IMG/VR virus record: IMGVR_UViG_3300030397_000347
Location: 1 to 46,501 of that record
DNA: 46,501 nt
Strand: one strand, 5' to 3'
Origin: a virus
Taxonomy: Duplodnaviria > Caudoviricetes
The position numbers and the translations under genes are program-made. Position 1 is the stretch's first letter. The number at the start of each line of letters is the position of its first letter. Shown in pieces: positions 18,467 through 25,621 of this stretch. The notes under the pieces were generated by a model. The model had not been told where the DNA came from, searched no databases, and worked only from the letters and a program-made list of their open reading frames with translations.

Positions 18467-19518
18467 CATTGAATCCTGATTTTCGGGGTGCTGATGAAGT
18501 GGTCAAGCCCGATAACGCTCAAATGGGTTGGACTGATGGAACCAAAACGGAAGGGCAGGCGTTAACAGCTGAACGCAAAATGTATGATGCCTTCGGCAAT
18601 GACATGCCTGTTGCGACCAAGATCAGACCCGCTAAAGCTGTTAACGAAGTGATGGCAAAAAAGTGGGATGAATTCCAAGTCAGCAAAGGTAGACAACCTG
18701 GCAGCAATGACCTATCACTGATCGATGAGTTTGTGCACGGCAAACCGCTATTGTGGAAACCACAAATCATTGGCAGTTGTGTGCAGTCAAACACATTTCG
18801 CGGATTGGTTGCACGGTACATGTATGAAACCGCAGTACTAGGCCAGCCACAGGAATACCTAGGGCGGAATGAGTTTGGAGCTGACAATTATGCCACATAC
18901 GGACCATTCACCTATGGCATGGCACGCAGGCGTGCAAACATGCGGGGTGGTGATGGGCTGTATTGTGCACCAATGGCAGCATCAATGGCGAAAGATGGCA
19001 TTTTACGCTGCAACTCACCTAAGCTAAAAGAACTTTTGGCTAGGTTAAACGCTAACCGTGATACTGACTTTCCTGAACCGCAGAATGCCCGTTTGTATCG
19101 TGCATTCGGCAAGTGGCAATACTTGGATGAATTGAAAGACGATGCCGATTTTACAGTGATGGAAACCCCATCAATCCGTTCACTGGATCAACTGGTAGAA
19201 GTGTTATGGGCAGGCAAGCCTGCTTTTGTGTGCAGCGGTGAAGCGATTCATAAAGTAGGTGAACACCGTGATGGGTTTGCCATCCATGCACGTAATCCGC
19301 GTGATTCATGGGCACACAACATGTGCTTCATTGGCATTTTCAAAGCAAGCGATGGTGAATTGTTCATCAGAGAAACTAACGAATCATGGGGTGGCAGGCA
19401 CATGTACACGCGGCGTGCCGCTGAAGTTGGCGAAAGCTTTAGACGCAATCGGTTATCCGTTGCAGCTATTGGCGAAACCAATGCCCCGATGTCGCGTGTA
19501 CCGATTATTGGAGGATAA
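18463..19518 (+). CDS. Papain-like (clan CA, C1-like) cysteine peptidase
   Basis: Q..GSC (QIIGSCV), WAHNM and TNESWG give the oxyanion Gln and Cys/His/Asn(Glu) order of papain-like enzymes. Confidence 0.75.
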   Translation: MTLNPDFRGADEVVKPDNAQMGWTDGTKTEGQALTAERKMYDAFGNDMPVATKIRPAKAVNEVMAKKWDEFQVSKGRQPGSNDLSLIDEFVHGKPLLWKPQIIGSCVQSNTFRGLVARYMYETAVLGQPQEYLGRNEFGADNYATYGPFTYGMARRRANMRGGDGLYCAPMAASMAKDGILRCNSPKLKELLARLNANRDTDFPEPQNARLYRAFGKWQYLDELKDDADFTVMETPSIRSLDQLVEVLWAGKPAFVCSGEAIHKVGEHRDGFAIHARNPRDSWAHNMCFIGIFKASDGELFIRETNESWGGRHMYTRRAAEVGESFRRNRLSVAAIGETNAPMSRVPIIGG

Positions 19519-19522
19519 AGGG

Positions 19523-19768
19523 ATGAGAGCTATTTTGATTCTGCTATTGATGACCGCAGCAGCAGAGGCACGCCCTAGGCTGTTTGGCGGTCTATTTCGA
19601 CACAGGGTAACCGTGAATCAAAGTCAGAGCCAATGCGTAGGCCCCAATTGCGGCATCCTGCGTCGATCAGTTGAGAGAAGGGTTGAAACTACCACAGTGC
19701 AGAGAAAGGCGATTAGAATCGCACCTGTGAGACGTAGCAGGCGATGCATGGCGGCACCCTGCCGGTAA
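19523..19768 (+). CDS. Small secreted Arg-rich protein
   Basis: Signal peptide MRAILILLLMTAAAEA; CVGPNC motif; ATG 19523 preferred over track start. Confidence 0.65.
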   Translation: MRAILILLLMTAAAEARPRLFGGLFRHRVTVNQSQSQCVGPNCGILRRSVERRVETTTVQRKAIRIAPVRRSRRCMAAPCR

Positions 19769-19788
19769 TCCGGTTAGCCACCGGTTCT

Positions 19789-19847
19789 AAGCCCCACACA
19801 AACATCAGTTCAATGCCCTGCTGATGCGTGTGGGGCTTTCTTTGTTT
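19789..19847 (+). terminator. Intrinsic terminator ending the + strand late block
   Basis: AAGCCCCACAC...GTGTGGGGCTT with inner CATCAG/CTGATG pairing, then TCTTTGTTT. Confidence 0.7.
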
Positions 19848-19922
19848 GAAGGTAGATAGCAGCTGACTGATGACGAACAACCTGGTTAAAAGGTTTGAAA
19901 CTGCTATCTACCTAGTTTAACA

Positions 19923-20024
19923 GGTGTTGGGCAGCATGGCATGATTGCACCAAGCACGGGAATCGAACCCTCACACACAGCACGAACAGCTTCACCAAGA
20001 CTGCCGCACATTCTGCCCAACACC
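19923..20024 (-). ncRNA. tRNA-like structured element (not a canonical tRNA)
   Basis: GGGTTCGATTCCC T-arm and a D-loop-like GCAGTCTTGGTGAAGC on the minus strand, enclosed by a 12-bp inverted repeat. Confidence 0.3.
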
Positions 20025-20032
20025 AAGGTGAA

Positions 20033-20590
20033 TTAAGTAACATAATGACCCTGTTGAAATAGCTGAACTAGCTCACTAGTGTCAACATCTGTGTGGTCGC
20101 CAGTGGCGAACAGCTGCACAATGTCTGATGAATCAAACACACCGTCAACGTTGTAATCACCATTCATGCCCACAAAAGCTTCTGCGGCAACACTGCGGTC
20201 AACATCGAACATGTTAGCCCGTAATGGAATGACGCCTTCATCACGGCAGAAGAAATTGCCTTCTGAGTACATCCCAGCATCACGGTGCCCAACGTCGTTA
20301 GATGGGTTGGCAGCCCTGCGTAAGTTGCTGTTTGCTTGCCAAGCCATCAACATATCTGTGCTGTCAGTGTCCCCATCTAAGTCAAGGTCACCCCGCTTAC
20401 TGCCGATCGATTCAAGCACCGTGTTGACATCCAACAAACCTACCCAACCATCACCATCAGCATCAAAAGAAAAATCCTCAGACCGGTAGGCAACTTGCAG
20501 GCAAAGTTGATCAACGTCAATTAGATCAACCACCCCATCACTATTGAAATCAAAACCAGCTGCTAGTCTTCGCGATTCTAGACTTTCCAT
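20033..20590 (-). CDS. Planctomycete-type extracellular protein with dockerin/EF-hand-like repeats
   Basis: MESLESRRLAA (LEPRxLL-like motif), DFNSDGVVDLID, DADGDGWVGLLD, GDLDLDGDTDSTD, GDYNVDGVFDSSDIVQLF; start at 20590. Confidence 0.8.
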   Translation of the reverse strand: MESLESRRLAAGFDFNSDGVVDLIDVDQLCLQVAYRSEDFSFDADGDGWVGLLDVNTVLESIGSKRGDLDLDGDTDSTDMLMAWQANSNLRRAANPSNDVGHRDAGMYSEGNFFCRDEGVIPLRANMFDVDRSVAAEAFVGMNGDYNVDGVFDSSDIVQLFATGDHTDVDTSELVQLFQQGHYVT

Positions 20591-20828
20591 GAAACAACCC
20601 CACTTCAATTCTGAGCCCCACTGCTTTTGCCATTGCAAATAGCGTATCAAGGCTGACCCCACGGTTACCAGATACAGCACCTGACCAGTTAGACCGATTG
20701 GGTTCTGCATCACTGTTTAGATGGAATAGGGTGCGTCGATGTGCCTCGAATTGGGATATTTCGATTTGCACCCTACGTGTTTCGATTTTGTCTAATAGTT
20801 TCTGCATGCCTGCCATATTAGCAGGCAT
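20550..20828 (-). CDS. XRE/Cro-like HTH regulator
   Basis: NRSNWSGAVSGNRGVSLDTLFAMAKAVGLRIEV resembles the recognition helix and C-terminal part of XRE HTH domains. Confidence 0.6.
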   Translation of the reverse strand: MPANMAGMQKLLDKIETRRVQIEISQFEAHRRTLFHLNSDAEPNRSNWSGAVSGNRGVSLDTLFAMAKAVGLRIEVGLFHGKSRIAKTSSWF

Positions 20829-21597
20829 GCGTTATCAAGGCAAGACTACGACGCAAGACCACAGTGGACATCAAGCACCCCGTGCAGGGCACTTGACGTT
20901 TTGATGATGATCTACGACGGCCCTTGTAAACTTCTGTGAATGCGTTTTGCAGAGTCCACACGTTGAAGTCATCAAACTGAAATTCTACTTCATTTCCGTC
21001 AGGGTCTGTTGCCATTTCCGTACCATGCCACAAGCCCAACACATTGGGCACGCGGGTGGGTGTGACGGCTCTAGCCAACAAAGCACGGCACACCAAGTCA
21101 TGGGCTTGCCGATCGTCAATTTCGGTGTTCTTGTAGCATGCAATTCTTTCATCCATGTCTTCAGACGTTTTGCGAAGATCACCAATTGCACGTGCAACAA
21201 CGTGGTCAAGATCGCGGATAATGTGCCGAGTGTGCCGACGTGCAACTTGGACACTGTCACCGTGAAAAGCCAAGTTGTCACAGACAAAAACCCGGCTACC
21301 AATGCACAACCCAGCGGCGAAACTGTTGTCATGGGTGTTGCGTAGGCCAATGACTGTATCACGTTCTTTGCTTTTGCCTTCTAGCGTAGCAACACCAAAA
21401 TAGCGTTGACCATCACGCCCTAGCCCGTGGTCAAGGCTTTTGATGTTGTAACCATTTTCGGTTAGCTGACCTGTGACCGATTCAACGAAGTCAGCATGTG
21501 GTACAGGCACAAAGCTTTCAGTAGCTTTAGGCGTCTTGACCTTACGAAGGGCATCAAGTGTGATTTCTTCGGCACCGCAGTGAAGCATGAGTGACAT
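20818..21597 (-). CDS. DUF932-family protein, C-terminus probably frameshifted
   Basis: MLHCG, PVPH, RYFG, GLRNTHD, GSRVFVCDNLAF, RRHT, W.L.NAFTE. Confidence 0.8.
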   Translation of the reverse strand: MSLMLHCGAEEITLDALRKVKTPKATESFVPVPHADFVESVTGQLTENGYNIKSLDHGLGRDGQRYFGVATLEGKSKERDTVIGLRNTHDNSFAAGLCIGSRVFVCDNLAFHGDSVQVARRHTRHIIRDLDHVVARAIGDLRKTSEDMDERIACYKNTEIDDRQAHDLVCRALLARAVTPTRVPNVLGLWHGTEMATDPDGNEVEFQFDDFNVWTLQNAFTEVYKGRRRSSSKRQVPCTGCLMSTVVLRRSLALITHAC

Positions 21598-21642
21598 AGT
21601 GTTTTTCCTTTTGAGTTGAAGTTGTGTTCCGTGTATGTGTGT

Positions 21643-21671
21643 ATGTTATCGGCAATTGATAACTAGGTCAA
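21643..21671 (-). promoter_or_regulatory. Sigma70-like promoter for the DUF932 operon
   Basis: TTGACC-17 nt-TAACAT on the minus strand; AAGGA RBS before the ATG. Confidence 0.55.
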
Positions 21672-21691
21672 CACCCTACGTGGAATTTTTT

Positions 21692-21928
21692 TCAGATTAC
21701 ATCTTTTGGCCAAACCCACCGTGGGTAGATAGGCCCATTCTTGCCATCGTCGTCAAAACGCACATCAACAAAAGCAGCCTCTTCATCTGACTGCCTATGG
21801 ACTCTTACAACTGTTGCAACACCTTCTAGCCGCCCAGTGGCAGACTGGTAAATGTTGACTTTATCCCAAACAGATACAAATGTTTTCGTTTTCATCGCTG
21901 CCTTCCATTTTTCATGAAATGTCATCAT
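21692..21928 (-). CDS. Hypothetical protein (small beta-barrel-like)
   Basis: ORF track; coupled to upstream ORF. Confidence 0.6.
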   Translation of the reverse strand: MMTFHEKWKAAMKTKTFVSVWDKVNIYQSATGRLEGVATVVRVHRQSDEEAAFVDVRFDDDGKNGPIYPRWVWPKDVI

Positions 21929-22275
21929 TCACCCTCTATTTCTTCCCATGGCCCTGAATGCCCATGTTCGGTAGCTAGTTCTAATGCTTCCTGAACACTG
22001 TAACGGCGTACATTACGGATGTGACCAATAAGGTAATACTGATCGCGAGGCATAAATAGTTCATCCGAAGCATAGTCAAAACAAGTAATATCCGCACCAA
22101 GCCACCCGCACCCTTGCACTTCAAGCCATCCGTGTTGAATCCAAACGTTAAGGTTTGCTGACCAACAAGTGCCGTGGCAAACTTTAATATTGCCCCCAGG
22201 AATGCCACGCCCTAACAATGTGCCTATGTTCATGAAGGCACCGTGAAAGCACATACCACCTGTATCTTTGTTCAC
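21925..22275 (-). CDS. Hypothetical protein, possible transglutaminase-like Cys-His-Asp triad
   Basis: GGMCF, CHG, QHGWLEV, CFD, C-terminal GPW; GAAAGG upstream. Confidence 0.55.
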   Translation of the reverse strand: MNKDTGGMCFHGAFMNIGTLLGRGIPGGNIKVCHGTCWSANLNVWIQHGWLEVQGCGWLGADITCFDYASDELFMPRDQYYLIGHIRNVRRYSVQEALELATEHGHSGPWEEIEGE

Positions 22276-22339
22276 TTTAATGCCCTTTCGTTTTAGAGTA
22301 GATTGAGATTAATTCACATGAGGTGAGTTTTTCCTACAG

Positions 22340-22374
22340 CCCCCATCACTTGTCGTGATGGGGGTTTTTCTTTT
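22340..22374 (+). terminator. Intrinsic terminator
   Basis: CCCCCATCAC-TTGTC-GTGATGGGGG then TTTTTCTTTT. Confidence 0.7.
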
Positions 22375-22485
22375 GTGTGCCTACAACTTTTCAGCACAGA
22401 TATGTACTGATCATTTTGTGTTGCCCTTGTGTTGAAGTAACGTTCAGTTGATTGACGGTAACCATTAAACGGCAAGGGCAATGAC

Positions 22486-22785
22486 ATGTGCGAAACACGC
22501 GGCGGATACCGACCGAATAGTGGACGAAAAGCGGGCTACATCAGTGAAAAGCGGAAATATTGTTGTCCTACAAAAGTTGCCAAAGTGCCGAAGTGCTGGA
22601 ATGTAATGGATGTGCATGAATCACTTGAGATGATTCAAAGTCTGATGGAAGACGCAAGGCAGCAAATTGAAGATAGTCGCGAAGCTTCCGCTAAAAACGG
22701 CAAAGGGTTGAATAGCCGCCTACACGCATTGGATAGTTTCCTTCAAGAACTAGAAAATAATCTGCCGAATAAATGTGAGGGTTGA
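22486..22785 (+). CDS. Putative DNA-binding protein
   Basis: N-terminal RGGYRPNSGRK (GGxRxGAGR-like) motif. Confidence 0.55.
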   Translation: MCETRGGYRPNSGRKAGYISEKRKYCCPTKVAKVPKCWNVMDVHESLEMIQSLMEDARQQIEDSREASAKNGKGLNSRLHALDSFLQELENNLPNKCEG

Positions 22786-22809
22786 CACAGCCTGATAACA
22801 TGTTAAATT
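22782..22809 (+). promoter_or_regulatory. Sigma70-like promoter for the csrA/replication operon
   Basis: TTGACA-16 nt-TAAATT; shares TTGACACAG and GTTA.ATT with the capsid promoter. Confidence 0.6.
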
Positions 22810-22941
22810 CCCATACAGTTGAAACGTGGGTCACACAGTTGCTGCTGAACGATGGGATGAGTTGAACGGAGTACAGCAACAGTAGACGGCGGGCACTGGA
22901 CTGCCACCGTCTATATTCATTTTTTAAACAAGGATGAATCT

Positions 22942-23256
22942 ATGGCAGGGCTTTGCCTATCTAGACGCATGAACCAATCTGTAATGATTGGTGATTCCAT
23001 CAAAATCAAAATCATCGGCATCAATAATGGTGTTGTCAGATTGCATTTTGACGCACCCACGGACATATCTATTCACCGCGAAGAAGTTTTTGAAAGGATC
23101 AAACAGGATGGCGAAACACGAAATCGAAATAGGCCCGAAGTTGGAATCGGTGATACGATCGATCTTCGGGTGCCTAACAGAGGAGACGGAAGCACCCAAG
23201 AAAGCACCGGCGAAGAAACGAACATCACGGAAGAAAAAGACGGTAACACAGGATGA
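22942..23256 (+). CDS. csrA: Carbon storage regulator CsrA/RsmA homologue
   Basis: LCLSRRMNQSVMIGDSIKIKIIGINNGVVRLHFDAPTDISIHREEVFERI matches the CsrA consensus including HREE. Confidence 0.92.
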   Translation: MAGLCLSRRMNQSVMIGDSIKIKIIGINNGVVRLHFDAPTDISIHREEVFERIKQDGETRNRNRPEVGIGDTIDLRVPNRGDGSTQESTGEETNITEEKDGNTG

Positions 23257-23452
23257 GGTACGGGCACTTGCCAATGAAGCAGGTGACGCCCACGGTGTTG
23301 CAGCAATGCGGCAAGCTGTCAAGGATGCAGGGTTGCCTGCGATGAAAGACATGGATGATGATCAGTTAGCGAAAGCAGCAGAAGTGCTTCAGAAGCTGAT
23401 TGATAACCCACCGAAGGAAGAAACCCAAGAACCGGACGATGACGTTTTATGA
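23108..23452 (+). CDS. Hypothetical protein typical of the slot upstream of DUF2800
   Basis: MAKHEIEIG start; APKKAPAKK linker; VTQDEVRAL helical domain. Confidence 0.65.
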   Translation: MAKHEIEIGPKLESVIRSIFGCLTEETEAPKKAPAKKRTSRKKKTVTQDEVRALANEAGDAHGVAAMRQAVKDAGLPAMKDMDDDQLAKAAEVLQKLIDNPPKEETQEPDDDVL

Positions 23453-24642
23453 GTACGCACAGCCCTATCAGCCCGAGTGCATCTACTAGGTGGCGAATCT
23501 GCGGCAGGTCAATTGAGTTGTCCGCAGAATGCAAAACCTACGGCAGCAATGCCTACAGCAATGAAGGTGATGTGGGGCATGAGTATGGGGCACAGTGGCT
23601 AACTGATGGTGTGCAACCACCAACCCCCACATTGTGCAAGGGCTGTAGAAAAGCGTGTACCACACCACCCTGCCAGTGGTGTGGGTGCACCATTGTTGAA
23701 CCTGACGAAATGTTAGCCAGCGTGGTCAGTGAGTATGTCAAACCGATTCAGAAAATCTGTTTGGTTAATCAAATTTTTCCACAGGTTGAATTGCGTTTAG
23801 AAAGTGAGGAAATTAAAAACCTTGGCGGCACGATGGATGCCTTGATGCTGTATTGGACGTTAGACGATGGCGACATTGCACATGTGGCTGACTTCAAGAA
23901 TGGCACAGGCATTCGGGTGGAACGCGAAGACAATTGGCAGGGCATGCTATACCTATTGTTGGTGCGTGAACATTTTGGCAGGCATGACACCTACCGCACT
24001 ACAATCGCACAACCTAGATATGATGATTGGGATTGGGAATCAGCAACCTATGAGTATACAGATGCTGACCTAGACCACTTCACGAAAGCGGTGCTTGAGG
24101 CAGTAGCCAAAAATGAATTGGTTGTTGGTTCCCATTGTGGGCTATGCCCTGCGGCGATTTTGGGCAAGTGTGATGAGTTTAAACAGGGCATGCAAAAGTT
24201 AACTTCAACTGAGTTAACAGACCATGTTATCCTTCAAGAAAACGAGCATCTAGCGTGGGTGCTTGACAACGCAGACGCAATCAGTGCCTGCCTAAAGCGT
24301 TGTTACGATGAGGCACTATGCCGCACACGTAGCGGTCACCAGATACCCGGATATAAAGCAGTTCAGGGCTACGGGCACCGCACATGGGTGGGCGATGATG
24401 AGACCACAGAAAGGAAACTCAGACAGCGTGGATTGAAAGTGGCTGAGTGTTATACGAAAAAACTAATCAGCCCTGCACAAGCTGAAAAGCTTGGCAAAAA
24501 AGGAATCACCACAGGCATCGTGCAAAAGCCTGCACGCGGCATCAAGTTAGTGCCTGAAAGTGCCAAGGGTGAAGCGTTGACTTTCGAAACGGTGGATCAG
24601 GCTTTTGATTCTGCCCTAGAAGAATCGGATGATATCCTATGA
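23449..24642 (+). CDS. DUF2800 / Cas4-like PD-(D/E)XK nuclease
   Basis: HSPISPSAS.RW..C, GGTMD, VADFKNGTG, QPR, GSHCGLCPA, GYKAVQG. Confidence 0.88.
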   Translation: MSTHSPISPSASTRWRICGRSIELSAECKTYGSNAYSNEGDVGHEYGAQWLTDGVQPPTPTLCKGCRKACTTPPCQWCGCTIVEPDEMLASVVSEYVKPIQKICLVNQIFPQVELRLESEEIKNLGGTMDALMLYWTLDDGDIAHVADFKNGTGIRVEREDNWQGMLYLLLVREHFGRHDTYRTTIAQPRYDDWDWESATYEYTDADLDHFTKAVLEAVAKNELVVGSHCGLCPAAILGKCDEFKQGMQKLTSTELTDHVILQENEHLAWVLDNADAISACLKRCYDEALCRTRSGHQIPGYKAVQGYGHRTWVGDDETTERKLRQRGLKVAECYTKKLISPAQAEKLGKKGITTGIVQKPARGIKLVPESAKGEALTFETVDQAFDSALEESDDIL

Positions 24643-25298
24643 GTAGTATTGTGATTGACGGACATCAGGCATCAGGCGTTACACCTGAAGGCATTTTTTC
24701 CTACCCAAGCGTGTTCTCACGCACCAAATTCAAACTTGATGCAGACAGACACCCTGATGGGCTGTACCGTTTGACTCTTGTTTTTCCTGACAAATCCGTA
24801 CTTCAGGAAATGCGAACCGTGGCTAAAAAACTCATAGTCGCGAAGTGGCCAGATCCTACCAAACGTGAAGAGGCACTAGCCAATCCAAAATTCAACAACC
24901 CTTTCCGCAGCTGTAAAGAGAAGCTGAGCAAGAAAGGTTTTGAACACCCTAATGGCATGTTTATCGCGTTCCGTTCTGACCGTGAATTGGACGTACGCAA
25001 AGCGGTTAGAGACACAAGCAAACCCGTAGGACCAAACGGCAAACATCCTTGGATGGAAGCGACCACTGAGGACATCATGGCAGGCTATTGGGGTCGCGTG
25101 AAGTTTTCCATGTTCGCCTACACCGAAGGCAATGGTGGTGTTTCCCTGTGGATGAACAGTGTCATGATGACAAAGGTGGATGAAGTCATTGCAGGTGGCA
25201 AGTCAAACGCTGATGAAGACTTTGACGACATCGAAGAATCAGAAGCACTGACTGCTGACATCGGTGATGATAGTGATTGGGATAGTGAACCGTTTTAG
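24639..25298 (+). CDS. ssDNA-binding protein (DUF2815/Enc34, T7 gp2.5-like)
   Basis: FSYPSVF, IMAGYWGRV, GGVSLWMNSV, acidic tail ending in F. Confidence 0.88.
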   Translation: MSSIVIDGHQASGVTPEGIFSYPSVFSRTKFKLDADRHPDGLYRLTLVFPDKSVLQEMRTVAKKLIVAKWPDPTKREEALANPKFNNPFRSCKEKLSKKGFEHPNGMFIAFRSDRELDVRKAVRDTSKPVGPNGKHPWMEATTEDIMAGYWGRVKFSMFAYTEGNGGVSLWMNSVMMTKVDEVIAGGKSNADEDFDDIEESEALTADIGDDSDWDSEPF

Positions 25299-25330
25299 TC
25301 TAACCCCCCACGTCTAATCAACGGTTCACA

Positions 25331-25369
25331 AGCTGTGCCCCTTCCACACAGGGGTACAGCTTTCTTTTT
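25331..25369 (+). terminator. Intrinsic terminator after SSB
   Basis: AGCTGTGCCCCT...AGGGGTACAGCT then TTCTTTTT. Confidence 0.75.
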
Positions 25370-25384
25370 ATGAGGGTGTCGATA

Positions 25385-25619
25385 ATGGGTTTAAATCAAT
25401 TGTGTGCAAACATTCATCAAAGCTACTTGACCTGGTGGCCAGCAAACAAAGCTGAACGCAACAAGCCAGAACAGATAGCGTTGGTGGAAACATGAAATCC
25501 GCGAAACAAAAATGGAAGGTGATGTAGAAGCAGATGCAAGGGATGAAGGTATTAACGCATGTGCAAATCAATTGAGCAGCGTTATTGATTTATTGAGTCA
25601 GGATAATGTGAGCTTCTAG
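25385..25619 (+). pseudogene. Truncated MazG-like N-terminus joined out of frame to another gene end
   Basis: MGLNQLCANIHQSYLTWWPANKAERNKPEQIALVET* then a second frame ending at 25619. Confidence 0.4.
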
Positions 25620-25621
25620 GA

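Noticed and set aside
19923-20024. Canonical tRNA gene or attP site
   Set aside because: No complete cloverleaf could be built and no integrase was found
23449-24642. Cas4-like protein as CRISPR evidence
   Set aside because: Standard DUF2800 nuclease within the SSB/PolA replication module
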